Positions 1 through 13,881 of a DNA stretch of 64,000 nt are shown one piece after another. The stretch comes from Ramazzottius varieornatus. Lineage: Eukaryota; Animalia; Tardigrada. The stretch spans positions 1,559,773 through 1,623,772 of the forward strand of contig BDGG01000010.1 of the NCBI GenBank assembly GCA_001949185.1. Reading direction: 5' to 3'. How positions within the stretch are numbered: the stretch's first letter is position 1; every line of letters begins with the position of its first letter. The notes beneath the pieces are model-generated. The model saw only the letters and a list, made by a program, of their open reading frames with translations. It made no database searches and was not told the origin of the DNA. The position numbers and the translations under genes are program-made.

Positions 1-1
1 C

Positions 2-409
<408 letters not shown>

Positions 410-893
410 TGAAAATCTTTTAACGGCTTTTTTTATAACTAAGAAGGATTATTTTTGGATCTGTTGGGCAGTAGCAAGGTTTAGCCTGTTGGACTGTAGG
501 AAGGATCTTCGGTTGATCTTTTCGTCCCTTTTTGTTTTTTATCATGACTTGTAAGCATTCACAGCAGCAGAACAGCACTAGATATTTTTTTGCTCGAAGC
601 AGTCCGCTTTTCCTCCCTGTGATGTCAATACGAATCTGCTTTCTCGGTACTACGATGAATGCGCAAAGCCTGCAGCTATTATTCGAGCCAAAAACCTCGA
701 AGGACCGTACTCAAAACACACGTTTTCAACTATTACTGTACACCTAAATGATTCGCACAAGTTCAAAACGGGAAGTTCGAACATTGATGAAGTAACTGTA
801 CCACCAAAGAAATCACACAAAGTAAATATACAGCCACTCCATATAACCTCCTCTTGCTTCCTGACATTCTTATCCGTTTCGGAGCATCTCGTT

Positions 894-1629
894 CTATCGC
901 TTGTCCCATTCCGCTCGCTCGGCCAGTTCCTTCTGGACTTCTTTTATGTAGGGTTCCAGGTAATGTTGCATGGGCTGCAGCAGAACGCATTATGTATGGA
1001 TTTCAGCCACAGCGCAAATCCCAAAACTTGCTAAGGCTAAAACAGAAACAAAAACTGACCCACCTCATCTTCTTTGGGCCACATGGATTCTGGAAGAATA
1101 ATCTTGTTGCGGCTGAGTTGCATTGCTCGATGCATCCTATGTACTCTCGCTTCATAAACATGCTCGGGCAAGCGTCGAACTGCTTCGGCTACCACCGCGT
1201 TGTCGTCGTTATACAGGTCACTGTGGTACAGTCCTAGGAGAAAACCATCAGACATATGACACGATGTAAATGCATGATATATGTGAGAGAATCTGAAGTT
1301 GAGAATCTTTGTTCATCAGGGTGGACCGACCTGGGTGGTAACATAATTATAGGGCGATCAGCAGAGTGGCTGTATATGGAACGTACCATATTCTCGATAT
1401 CCTGCGCTCTTGAATTTCCAGCTGTCGTATGCGTTTTTGACGATCCCTATAAACACGCAGCTCTAGTCTATCGAGTCTTGAATCCGCCATGATGTTCATT
1501 TCCCAATTCGCGCAGTGACGCTACAGTAGAAAGGTATTAGAAACGGAGTACTATAACATTCGACTTACGTATATTGTCCCAAAGTTTCTGGACCGCCGTC
1601 TTGTTGGGGATCATAATATTGGTCGACAT
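894..1629 (-). CDS. UQCRB: Cytochrome b-c1 complex subunit 7 (4 exons)
   Basis: Spliced: MSTNIMIPNKTAVQKLWDNI|RIVKNAYDSWKFKSAGYREYG|LYHSDLY...EAVRRLPE...RMHRAMQLSRNKIILPESMWPKEDE|PMQHYLEPYIKEVQKELAERAEWDKR*; QCR7 motifs. Confidence 0.93.
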
Positions 1630-2331
1630 CTTGCCTAGTGGAGTTGCGTACTTCCCGCTGCAAACAAACCAGTGCTAGCACAAGCAACTGTAGACAGACG
1701 GTGAATCCTTCGGCTGCTCCGAAAATCTGGTGAGATTTTTCCCAAAAGTTTACTTTGTAGAAAATCTGGAAAAAGAAATTGCGAAAAAACTGGTCGAAAC
1801 CCTGTTGTAAAGATCCAGTACTTCGAATCGTTGATTGACCAACTGGGTTGATTGATTCGTAAAGAGGAACGAAAGGCACTCAAGGCAGTGCAAAAGTCGC
1901 GGTTAAATTACGGAGATTTCGACATCGATTAACTTCGGCAATTTTGTTTAGGAAGTTAGCTCTTGTCTTCATCATCTCACCGTCTCACGGGTTGTTCCAG
2001 TAGTCCGCCACTGCTCCTCCGGAGGTAAGTTGAATAAGGTAAGTTGAGAGGTAAGTTGAATTATAGTGCTGAGCGGACTGGGCAAACGGGTCATAGTGAT
2101 GCATCTTGCAAGTTGATGCTGGTCGAGAAGCCAGATGATGAACCTTGTATTCGTACTGTCTGAACGATCCCGCGGTAGTCATTCTCCATCCGTGCGCAGC
2201 CTGGAGAGTAACGCCTCGTTCTTGAAACTTAAACAATGAGGAACCGCTCAGCAGAGAACAGTTGGGCTTGACGGGTGAATTGTTGTTTTACGTAGGTTCG
2301 GGACTTCCGGTTACACACCGCTGATCGCACC

Positions 2332-4406
2332 ATGGAAAGTGCCGAGACGAAGAATCAGCGCAGGAAGCAGCGCAAGAAGCTAAGACGGGAGCAGAAACCA
2401 GACGTTGAAGCTATGGATACCACGCTAAGTAAAGATGATGTGAAAATGAACGTCGACGGGGATTCGTCATCGCTTGTCCCTGACCATGACATGGAAGTTG
2501 AAATGCAAGAGCCCAAAGTCCTCTTGACAGAAGTGGGGACTGGTTTCACGGTGATAGGACAAGCCAAGCAGAGCAAGAAAGTGAAACTGCCACCTTATCT
2601 TCCAGCCTGGTACAGCGCACCTCAGCCACTGTCCAGTGATGTCGCTGAAGCTGGTCTTCCTGTCGAAGACATGCCTGGCTTGGATCTGCGGTTCGTGACG
2701 GCGCTGCACGATCAAGGCATCACATCGTTCTTCCCTGTCCAGCGTACGATCATACCAAACATTCTCAGTTATCAGAACAACCTGAGGTATTACGCTGGAA
2801 GGCCTTCTGATATGTGCATCTGTGCACCGACCGGAAGTGGTAAGACGCTGGCGTATGTCATACCAATTCTGCAGGATTTGAGCAAAAGGTCTTCTTCGAA
2901 AATCAGAGCGTTGATTCTGCTTCCGGTAAAGGAGCTGGCTGTGCAAGTTGCAGATGTGTTTCAAACGTTTGCGAAAGGGACAAGAGTGAAGATCGCGCTG
3001 ATCTGTGGCAAACAAGCTCTCGACCAAGAACGGCAGCAGATACTTCAGGTATGTCAGTTCTGTCCCCAGAAGCAATGATTTGAATTCAGTCTTTTTTTGT
3101 CATAAGTTCGAGAAATGAGTTCGAGAAGATTGATTTTTTCGTACTCCAGCAGACTAACTTACCGACAGTGTTGCTGATCTTTCACGCACCTACATACAGT
3201 TCAGTTGGCTTATGGTGACTTACTTCGGTATGTAAGTGCGGGTGATGTCCATCAGATTTTCGATTACGTTTACGATATTCGCATCAGTTTTTCCGGCTTG
3301 GATAATGGATGAATTTATGACAAACTTCATATGAAAAGTGGGTTTAGTTTCTATACATTTGGCAGTTAGATGAATTCGAAACACAGCTGAAAGAATCGTC
3401 CTGGATGTCTTCGGAAAGAAACTGGACTCATACCCGAAAGACTCCCGTCGATGTCCTCATCGCTACTCCAGGTCGGTTAGTTGACCACCTCTACGAAACA
3501 ACCGATCTCGACCTTCAGAGTCTGGAATACCTCGTAGTCGACGAAGCAGACAGGATGATTGAAGAGTTCAAAAACAACTGGTTCCGGCTACTCGAACGTG
3601 CAGTCTTTAAGAACCCTGAAGTCCGTCCCGCTCTCGACTACACCTGCATCAACCACTACACGAAACCCACACTTCCCTTACAGAAACTACTCTTCTCCGC
3701 CACGCTTTCTTACGATCCACAAAGGTTCGAAGTATTGAAGCTGTACAGACCGAAACTGTTCGCGGCAGTCGCCCTGGAGAACAACGGTGACATGATGATG
3801 AGGAACGACGCCGAAGTCATCGGGGCGTATGCCACACCGAAAGGCTTGAAAGAATTTAGCATCCAGATAGATCCACGGTTGAAACCTCTGGTGATACTTC
3901 ACCTTTTGAATGTAATGAAATGGAGGAAAGTTTTGATTTTTACGAATTCTTTGGAGAATACCAAAAGGTTGACTTTACTGATTAAGATGTTTAGCGAAGG
4001 AACGAACAGCCTAATCGTCCATGAAGTTTCCTCGAATGTTCATCAGAGGAAACGACAAGCCAGTCTAGATAGCTTCGAGAAGGGAACAGTGGATGTGATC
4101 GTGGCGTCGGACTCTGTGGCTAGAGGGATCGACTTGCCGAATGTGGAGTACGTGGTACTCTACGATGCCCCGCTGCACACCAAGACCTACATCCATCGCG
4201 TGGGAAGGACGGCGAGAGCGGGAAAGTCGGGAACGGCACTGACGCTGCTGAAAGCGGACGAGAAGAAAGGTTATACGAAGATCATGAAGGAGCTGAATAA
4301 GCAACCGCCACCCAAGTTTGTGGTGGCTCCCGAGGAACTGGTGGCGCTGGAGGGACCGTATAAAGTAGCCTTGCAGAAGCTCGAGAAAGAAATGAACCAT
4401 TCATAA
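2332..4406 (+). CDS. DDX51: DEAD-box RNA helicase DDX51/Dbp6 (exons 2332-3048, 3366-4406)
   Basis: FFPVQ Q-motif, DMCICAPTGSGKTLAY, DEAD, QKLLFSATL, ARGID, HRVGRTAR; DDX51-type context. Confidence 0.9.
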
Positions 4407-5015
4407 TAGGTCGTACGTGCATTTTTCTTTCTTTCCGGGCTGTTTCTGCCCGAGTAAAATGAACTTGTGACAGACTGTGGTATCGTCCCGGAAAATTCAA
4501 ACTGCAGATAACGTGAGTAGACTCGTGTCATGGAAACTCTTGTTTTGGACTACATGTACCAGCGATCGGCTTTCAGGTAGATTATGAAACGCTCTATGGA
4601 GACTGGACAGATAGCAACGACACCGGTATAGTCGAGGAACCGCAGGCCATGAGTAACCATCTTTGAGATAGCGGCGTATATTATTGATTTTCCACCGCCA
4701 TAAATTCGTTCATTACACGCTAAATGTTGTGCATTCCTCCACGCAGTCCAGGATTTTCCGCATCGCATACCCACATTCACAGTTACTGCAGTGCAGCAAC
4801 ATGACTAGATATCGACCGAATTTAGGTGACTATTACGTGGACGAGAATGTTTTCTTATCTCATATTTTGTACTGTGACATATTTGAGGGTTCCATAATTG
4901 TCTCTTGCCGTACACGTACGATTCAGAATTTCAGCACGTGTTTTGTGCAGGGCAGACTCTTGGAGAATCTTAAGTCAATCACACAGTCTGATTGATATTT
5001 GGGTTTACAGATACT

Positions 5016-5447
5016 ATGGCGGAAACAGATGACGGAAGTGGCGGAATCTTCGAAAAGTATTACCACGAGCTCATTGAGGAAATTGTGTTCGACGCTAAAG
5101 TTCGCCTGAAAAAGCTGATTGGAGACAAATGTTCTGCGAAAGACAAGGAAAGAATCATCAGGGAGTCAGAAACAAAGATGTGGGCCTCGATGAAAGAATA
5201 CATCAAGAAGCCGTCCAAGGAGGAAGAACGGAATAGCTGGAAAGAGTACCAGGAAGGTCGCAATATGGTCACTGTCTGCGTACAGCCTATTATGGAGAAA
5301 GCAGTCAACGAAATGTTGTCCCTGTACGCCGACGAGATCAACCGCCGTCCATCTTCAGCCCCTCCGAAGGAAGAGTCAGATGACGAAATTGATTTTTCTG
5401 ATGGTCTGTGGGCGAAAAAGCACCCCGCTGCTAAGAAGAATGACTGA
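5016..5447 (+). CDS. Hypothetical charged alpha-helical protein (~143 aa)
   Basis: Clean ORF, coding-like composition, acceptor-like ttacag just before ATG; no family recognised. Confidence 0.65.
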   Translation: MAETDDGSGGIFEKYYHELIEEIVFDAKVRLKKLIGDKCSAKDKERIIRESETKMWASMKEYIKKPSKEEERNSWKEYQEGRNMVTVCVQPIMEKAVNEMLSLYADEINRRPSSAPPKEESDDEIDFSDGLWAKKHPAAKKND

Positions 5448-5895
5448 ACTCGTGTTGTTGCACGGGGAGTTTCTACCGTCCTTCAGTACCTTCCTTATAC
5501 AATTAATCATTCTCACTCTTCGCCATTTTACTTTTCCGAAACTGAAGACTCACGAATGTTCCTCATGGTTGTTGGTTCTCTCGCTGTGTGGACCTGGTGA
5601 GTTCTCCGCCCAATATACTGCAGTTATAACTGCTGCTAAAAGAGTCTCTCATTTCGCACAAGTTCTTCCACCTACACATACTACTTATTATTCGGAAAAC
5701 GTTAAAAAACATGGAAAGGGAAACACGCAAAGTGTACTACCTTAATAACGAACTTTCACAAATGCAAGACCTGGAGTAAAACACGAGCAAAAAAATCAAA
5801 ATCTAACGAAACTCAAGTCCAATGCAATAAATTATTAAACATCCACTCGACCGCAGAGGAAAGCTAACTTGAGGATCTGGACGGGGAAACAAGTA

Positions 5896-7593
5896 TTACA
5901 CCTGAAAGATCACGGGTGGCTTGAGTTCTGTAGCTTCGTGGGCGTCAGAGAAGGCTGAAGGTCTTTGACTTCCTTGCTGTTCGTCGTACCATGCCGGTTT
6001 ATACTTCGCGGGTTGCTGGTTCGGGACTCTTGGCTCTGAAATTAAAAGATTCATGGTTATAAAATCTGGCATAAAACTCATAGAACGTAAGATTGTATTT
6101 GCCCGACAATATGGTGTAACCTGCCGTTTGAGTTCGACGGTTTCTTCCGACGTCTGTACAAGCTGCCGTCTCAGTATGCGAGTCGTGACCCACGTATGAA
6201 ACTTGTTATCCACGTTCACCGGCAGTGTGACAATCAGGATGAACCCAGCTATAATCAGCACAGTCCCTCCTATCTTTATGGCGTCAAATACGTTATCACG
6301 GAAGTACCAATCCGCGACTGTAAAACAGTAACAAGTACTTATAAGTAAGATCGGATATAGTCTTGAGAACACTTACCGTGATTGAGTGGAATGCCGACTA
6401 TGCCTCCAAAGGCGATAAACAACGGATAGGTATAGGCCACTCCGAAGTTCAGCAGAAAGTTGAAGACTACAAGAATACGTAACACGATTAGACATCGAGG
6501 AAGACCAGTCAGGTACTCTGGTACACTTTGGTTACTTACCTACTCCGATTGCCGAAGAACCGGCAAGGTAATCCCAGGGAACTGGACTGCTGACCGACTC
6601 CGTATCGGTAAAGTGGAGAATCAGTACGACAGGAAAGAAGACGACTGCTGTTACGACTGCGGTTATCGAGAGGAACAAGCATACTTGATCCGGCTTGGCG
6701 TTGCCGACAACCTTTTTGAAAAATACCTATTCGAAGAAAATCATCAGACCTTATGGGCTTACGGGCAACGAACGAACTGATAAGATTTCCATGAAAGCGA
6801 AGTTATTCTTACAGTAAAGATTGCAGCACCGAGTGCGGCAGTCAAAGTTAGAGCCACCACGAGAAGGCTCGGTCCCGCGAAACCTTCGGCGTACGCGATG
6901 AGGACAATCCCGGAAACAGCGAGCGCGACGGAGATCATCTAGAGAGCCAATACATAATCATGCATACGTTACACCGCGGAGGACTTGGGATGTTTGTGCG
7001 TTTTATCGGTACCTTGAGCGATATGAGGTTTGTACCCAGCACGATGCTGCTGAGGAGAAACACAAAGACGCAGTTCGAGGCAAACATTGCGGTGATGTCA
7101 GAAGGAAGCGAAGCCTTAATGCCCAATGCGCGGACGTATGAGTAGTTCGTCCCCAACGCGACCAACGAAAAGAATCCATTCTGTAGCAGGATTTTCTTCC
7201 AGCTTATACCATCAGGTCCGTAAACATCTTGCGAGCTCCTGTAAGCACAAACGCTTTACATAAACTATGGTACATACCGCTGACCACCGTCCACCCAGTC
7301 CCAACTGACTTCCATATTGCCAGAAAGCTCTCTTTTCTCTTCCAGTTGAACAGCATACATAGACAGTAGACGGGATAGCAGATAACCAGACAGATAGCAC
7401 CAAACCATGTGACGAAGAAAGGAGCGTTGAATGTGGCTGTGTAGGTATTCCGGGCGAATTGCGCAGCACCGACTTGGGAACAGGCAATCAGGCAAACCAG
7501 GACCACTCCGAGCACCACCTTTCGCGTACGGTGCTCCTCCTTTCGCTCGACAACGACTCCTTCAATAATACGGCTATTCTTCCGCGACGACAT
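5896..7593 (-). CDS. SLC35F3: SLC35F3/F4-like putative thiamine transporter (multi-exon; start uncertain)
   Basis: KVVLGVVLVCLIACSQVGAAQFARNTYTATFNAPFFVTWF..YPVY; NYSYVRAL..SDITAMFASNCVFVFLLS; many TM segments over GT-AG introns. Confidence 0.8.
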
Positions 7594-8319
7594 TGGAAGA
7601 TCGCGGGCTGTTCGGTCAGGCAAAGGAATGTGCGGCTTCACGTGGATACTGACAACATGTTGTCCTCCCTCGCCAAGTTGCGCAACACTTCGCCGTAGCT
7701 GTTCGCCGAGCCATTCAGCTACATATCCGCTTGTGAAGCCTCCAGTGACTCTTCCACAGTAGACCACCTAACAGGCACCTAGAAAACGCAGCTTGAGCAG
7801 ACAAAGTGGGAAGAAGTAATAGAACTAACTGCAACTAAGAATGGCTTAAGCTCTGATCTCCGGTCTTCGCCGCATTTGGAATTTGAACGAGGAAACCCAA
7901 GGGAAAAAGACGCTACTTTTTAGCAACTAAAAGACTGCCAGCTACCGGAAGCCGACAGTGATAAGAGTGGAAGCTGACTAAGTGGTGCGCACACGCGCAG
8001 ATTACCTGCACTCGTCACATTGCCCATCGTTTCGATAGGCGGAGCTTATAACTAACGTATTTGCAGACTGATAGCTGTCTGTCATTCACGTGTTTCTTTT
8101 CCTGTGCGAATTTTCCACTTCCTTTCTGGCGCCTGATCCATATGTGTCAATCTCTGAAGTCAGTCTTGATCGCTTCCACTTGCCAACGCTGTTAGTACTG
8201 TATTTTTATGTTTTGTTATCCTCTGGCGATCGAGGAAGCCGTCGACTAGATTGTCGAGGCTCAATAAATCTATCTATCCTGTCTGCTTTTAATCTTCTCA
8301 ATGGCGTGTCAGTTTTAAA

Positions 8320-8448
8320 ACTTTTAAGAGTCGGTATTGATGTTTTTCGTGCAGACGATAACCATAATTTTCCATGGTAAAAAACAGTGGGTCAATCAGT
8401 AACCCATTGGTCAGAAGACAAGAAACATCGATACCGACTCTTAAAAGT
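8320..8448. repeat. Inverted repeat (~28-bp arms) with TTAA at both ends, inside a larger imperfect foldback (~8272-8599); probable MITE
   Basis: acttttaagagtcggtattgatgttt ... aaacatcgataccgactcttaaaagt; outer ctatcctgtctgcttt / aaagcagacaggatag. Confidence 0.7.
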
Positions 8449-9012
8449 GATCCTCTTCCCGACAAAAAGCAGACTTTACGCAACCAGACCAGCTATGTAA
8501 AGGCGGAGAAAGAACGAAAAAAAGTAAAAGTCATCAAACGCATCAAAAACAGAGAATTCAAAAGAAGACAGTAAACAGCCAGAAAGCAGACAGGATAGGT
8601 CGTCGTCTGAGAGTGATCAAAAAGAAGACAGGATAAGCCGTAGGCACATAACGATCAAAAGGCAGAGAGGACTCATAGTGGTGTGCGCGCAGGAACTAAA
8701 AGCTGACCGAATGAGTATTGGCAATGGTTTCACTTTGACTCTACTTTCCCTCTCCCATTTCTCTCCACGAGTCTCCAGCATGTCGGCTTTTTTTTGCCAG
8801 TTAACTGGCAATTGCGCCAACGCTAACGAGTTGATTGAGCTGAAACAGCTTCGTTGATTTGAAGCGTTCTGATCAGAATTTGCAGTTGTCACTTGTCAAT
8901 TTTGTGACTGTTGTCATTTTCCGAAACTGTCGAAATCGGAACGGTGCATTCTCCTGCTCCTGGTTACTTTTCCTGGACCCGCTGGTGGTTTCGTGCAGGA
9001 CTGATATCAACC

Positions 9013-9655
9013 ATGCCGGAAGCCTCGACCAAGAAACTGCGACGCGATTTGTGTCCACTGACCACCGAAGAAGAACGGACGCATCGCGAAGTGGGACAGA
9101 ATGCCTTCTGGAGCCTCTCCTCTGCAAAAGCTATGACAGGCATTGAACAACTACGGGACAATCGACTGGACACCTTCTGGCAGTCCGACGGCTCTCAACC
9201 GCACCTCATTAACGTACAATTCCCTCGAAAGACAGACATCGAGTTTGTGGCCCTATACTGTGACTTCAAAGCGGACGAAAGCTATACGCCTCAAAAGTAT
9301 GTAGACAACTCCCTCTCGGTGTTCGCTGTTGGAATTATTTTGTTTTGTACTTTTCAGAATAACTGTTCGTACGGGAATCAACTTCAACGATTTACAAGAT
9401 CTTCAGACTGCTGAGTTTAACGAGCCGAGCGGATGGGTGGTAATGAAGTTGGATAAGAAGTTTGGGCGTCCACATCGAACTTGGATGTTGCAGATCGCCA
9501 TAATATCCAACCATCAGAACGGACGCGATACCCATGTCCGGCAAGTTAAGATATATGCACCTGTGTCAGAGGAGCACTTGGAGAACCGCGCTGACTTGAG
9601 TATCTGCCCCAAGTTTACCGACTCGTCGTTGCTGTCGATGTCAGTCCTTCGGTAG
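9013..9655 (+). CDS. ANAPC10: Anaphase-promoting complex subunit 10 (one intron ~9297-9357)
   Basis: [39 protein letters not shown]|[20 protein letters not shown]. Confidence 0.96.
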
Positions 9656-10988
9656 CCTTTCGTGACGAGGAAAGGCGATTTCCGCTTCCAGGTTTGGCTC
9701 ATGGGCGCTGTTCGGCTGTAATGCACCATGTCTTTCTGCTCGCTTTGCTATAAAGTTTGATGTGTGCTCAGTGTCTTTTGGCGATCACATGGTTCGTTCA
9801 GACTTTTGATCATCCAAGGCCTTTTGGTGTCTGTGATTGCCTACTAAAGCGAAACCGGGCGAGTTTACCGTCGTTCCAGGGGCTGTTTACTCGGATTACA
9901 TACCAAGAACTTGCAACTGTTTTCCATCAGTGGGAGACAGTCTCCTGGATAAGGCGCTCTGTGTTCACGCTTCATCGATCTATCAGACTGCTTAGGTTCT
10001 CTTAATTGCTTACAAAACAGTTTTCTGATCGTAGTACGAGTCTTTTATATCCTGGAGTCCGCAAACTCTGTAATATCAACTGCCAAGTTTTTGCGACGGG
10101 AAATGCCTGGTTCTCCCTGTATAAAGTCGCAGAGCGAGATTTTCGAAAGTTCGATATAACAGTTTGTCGTTGGGCATAGTCTCTATACAGGATTTAGCGC
10201 TGCCGTCCGCAACGAAGTGTTTTAACTATGAAACTTCCCGGTGAAAAGATTACAAGTTTGTCGGTGTGCGCTGCCTTCTTTCTGCTGCTGTTGTGTACAA
10301 AGGACGCGGAAGCTGCGTTGGGAGTTCCACGGCATTGCACTTGGCACGGTAGGAACCGTAGGATGTAGATAGATTGTTCAGCTCGATCATATTGCACCTT
10401 ACGTTACTGTTACGTATTTTGACGAACCAGGTACGGCGCCGTTTTGCTGGCCATCTTGTCCGTATGGGAAAGTTTCGAAGTTGGAGTCGAAGTGCGGAAA
10501 CAATAAGCTATTCTGTTGCGCCACTGGTAATAAATGGCTATGCTGTCCCCAAGACCTCGACATGTAAGTACAGCTCACTGCTCGCATGATGCCCCGCGAA
10601 CTTCCGAGCAGTTCTTCACTGAACTGTTTACGGGACTTTGGTGTTTCTTCACTTTTACAGTACGCCGGAGCTTGCAGCAGCCATTGCCCAGTAGGATGAC
10701 TGGGAGCATCCGAGTGCGAGCCCGCCAGGATTAAGAACCTTTGTATAGTGAGACGTCAATCCAGAACCTAACACACTAAGTACTCGTTCGCGCTCGAAAG
10801 GTTGCTGCAAACTTGAGCATAATAAAAAACCTTCTCAGTTTAGCCTAGAGTATCTGATGAAAGCCAACCGGCAAGAAACCCATACAGCTACCATCAGGAC
10901 AGAGGCAAGTAATTTAAAATTAAAAATATTTGCGAGAATGAGCGAACCAAGCCCTGGCTTCCTTGTTCTTGATGAGATGGGCCGATAG

Positions 10989-13130
10989 CTACGCCCAACG
11001 TGGTTTTCGCTTTTCCACAAAAGCCGTGATACCTTCCTGCCCATCGGCCAAGGCCAGGTTGTCCACCATGGTCTTCGAACCGTTTCTGGCAAGAAAGTTC
11101 GTAAGATACTAATAAGAAGCAAGAAAGAAAATCTAACAGGTGTGGCCTCGGTACCTGTAGGCCTGTTCCCGACTCATCTGAGCTTGAGCACGAAGGAACT
11201 TCTTCCCAAGTATGATTACTTCTCGGCTCTTCTCGCATATGCGCATCGCGATCCTTGTTGTTTCCTTCTCCAGCAAGTCTTTTTCGACCACCGACGATAC
11301 TAATCCAGCTTGGAGCGCCTCTACACAGCAATCAACATAATTATCATGTAGACGCGTTTGACAATCACTGTACTTGCGGGCTGAGTTCAGTCCTCTGAAT
11401 AGGTTCTGCTGTGCTCTGAAAAAATTCCGCCACACTACCTATGTATATCTGCTTTGAAATTTTGTCACCAAGTAGCACAAGTTCTTATAACCCTTCTTTG
11501 GAAATATCATGCAGATCTGAGGAACGGGAGAAAACCAAAGTCTAGAATCTCGATAGTACGCGCAAATTGAGGGTGGGTTTCCACATTAGAAATCGTCTAA
11601 TACGGGCTCGTTATTTCGCAGCACGAAGTCTGCAAAAATATCTCGCTCATGCAATCTTGCTGAGACGTTATCTCAACACAGGGCAAAACGAACTATTTCT
11701 GACGATTCTAATTTTGGTGGAAAACATGAGCACTAAACGTGCAAGCAAGCAAAAATCAGTGTATATAGTACATATCATAGACTATTTTGGCGTACTTCTG
11801 TGACAGTGAATCAAAAGCGCTCAATTGTTTTTTATAGACATCTTCTGTTACGAAAGGTTTTCTTGAGGTATCTCCAAAGTCTCAACAGCCCGACAGAATT
11901 ATGTCGGTTAATATGGCCAGTTTCAACCGGTAAAATGGGTGTTGTTCCGTTAATTGCACCCATCAAACGATCAAACCTGCGACCAGAGATCGCACATCAA
12001 TCTTAAGATTTAAAGTTGGTCTATCAAATGAGTGGAAGTACGATTGTAACGAGCCAGAAACAGATTTTCCAGATCTTCAAAAACCATCCAGCGAACTAGG
12101 CTCAGCCTGTACCTGTACATCACTTTTAGTTGTCAGAAGGTACCTACCTTTAGCCGTGATGGGATCGCCGGTAAAAAGCATTTTCGCAGCGATTTTGCGA
12201 GGAACCGACCGGACGAGCGGGATACCAGGGGTCGAGCAGAACAGTCCATTATTTACCCTGTAAATTCGCCTTCTTCTATACCCCTGAAGAGCTACTGATC
12301 CGTCAGTCTGATTGAGAACAACTTACCCAGGAACGGAGAACAGGGCGTCCGACGAGGCGACCACGATATCACAGGAGGCGCAAAGCTGCAGGCCTGCAGC
12401 CGCAGCTAAACCTTTCACTTCCGCTATTACTGGAACGCTGAAAAGCAAATTGGATTTGTTGAAGTTTGAATTGCCAGAAAAAAATATACGCTCGAACGGA
12501 AAGTAAGTACTCGTACCGACCTGCAATCCTCTACGGCACACATCAGGTCCGCGCATGCTCGGAAAACCTCTTCGTGTTTCTCTTTGCCGTGATGAGCTCG
12601 CTGCATAACACGTAATAAATTAGCACCACTTGCATCACGTCTTGATAATCTGTTGTGGACAAAATCCGACAACGGTCGAGCTATCGCCGTGACTGACTAT
12701 CAGTGCATACCAGCTCTTTGAGGTCGTGTCCGGAAGAAAATACTGGCCCATTTGCGGAAATGACGATCGTTTTCGTTGTCTGGTCGACGGCGGAAACTAT
12801 ACTGAGTAGCTTCCGCATCATGGATAGCGACATAACGTTCCTGCAAGATCACCGTTTGGCTTGCCCTGACGGTAGATAGTACATAAGTGCGTACCGTTTT
12901 TTGACATTGTTGAGGATAATTCTTTGGATTCCGTCCTGAGTGGATACCAGGCAAAGATCTTCTTGTTGCTCGAATTGTCCTCCATTGTCCTCCACCCGGC
13001 GAGCAGAAGTCTGGGTTGATGGAAAGCGCATAAACGTTTTCCAGGGCTGCCTGCAGTCATCATTACCAGCTCGCGGCCGAGTCACAGAAGCAGCAGAGGA
13101 CCGGAAGCAACTCCGCGCAGCCAACATCAT
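10989..13130 (-). CDS. ECHDC3: Mitochondrial enoyl-CoA hydratase domain-containing protein 3 (multi-exon)
   Basis: Arg/Ser-rich presequence; GPVFSSGHDLKEL, VPVIAEVKGLAAAAGLQLCASCDIVVAS, GLFCSTPG, MLFTGDPITA, DGQEGITAFVEKRKPRWA*. Confidence 0.9.
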
Positions 13131-13881
13131 GGCTCGTCCAGGGGTTAAGCTTCAGCGGGTCGGTCGATTAACCTAAAATGTAATACAAAGCTAACTCCGA
13201 TAAGGCTCGGTGTAAGATAACCCAGTGAGACTGGGAATACATACTGTAATCTGATAGAGTTTCAGCGGAAGAGTACTCGCAGTAACTCTCTTGCCACAAT
13301 CGCATTGACGATCCACAAAAGTGGTTCCGATCAAACGAAGAAGATCCTCCTCCGCTCTCCTCTAGGTCAGCGCTGCATGTGCTTCTGAATCTTGGAAATC
13401 CTGCAAGGCTGCAGCTTACGGAGGCGACGAAGGAGCTTCCGGAGATGGCTGGAATATGGAGATAAACGGAATCATAGACCTGTTGCTTTGTTGTGGTTTG
13501 ATAAGAATGATGACATGAGACTACATATATACAGTCAGCTGTTATTACTTGTTGTGTCATATGACGTGTCTGGTTCGAATCTCGAGATTCAGTCATTTTG
13601 CGCGATTTTCCGTTATATTCCATCTTTCGTATAATCTTATTCCTCCAACTTGTGAGGAGGATTCCTGGCACGGTTTGTGCTCCTCATCTCCTAAACCCCA
13701 GCGGCGCTACTCGACCCTTTACAGCAGGAGACTGGCTGGACAGTGACAGTATCTCAGATTATCTGGAGAACGTTGGAGAATTCGACTGCGGTCGGTAGGT
13801 CGATGCTCGTTCATCTTGCCTAACTGATGAACAACTTTTCATGCATGTTAACGAGCTTCACGACTGCTTCTTGTAGAAGTT

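Noticed and set aside
1245-1324. C/D-box snoRNA-like pattern (TGATGA...CTGA with short stem) in a UQCRB intron, minus strand
   Set aside because: The CTGA lies ~13 nt from the acceptor and fits the branch-point consensus CTGAT; no convincing rRNA guide recognised.
2467-3075. Long antisense ORFs over DDX51 (similar ones over ADAT2, the DOMON gene and DZIP1)
   Set aside because: Shadows of real coding sequence on the opposite strand or in another frame.
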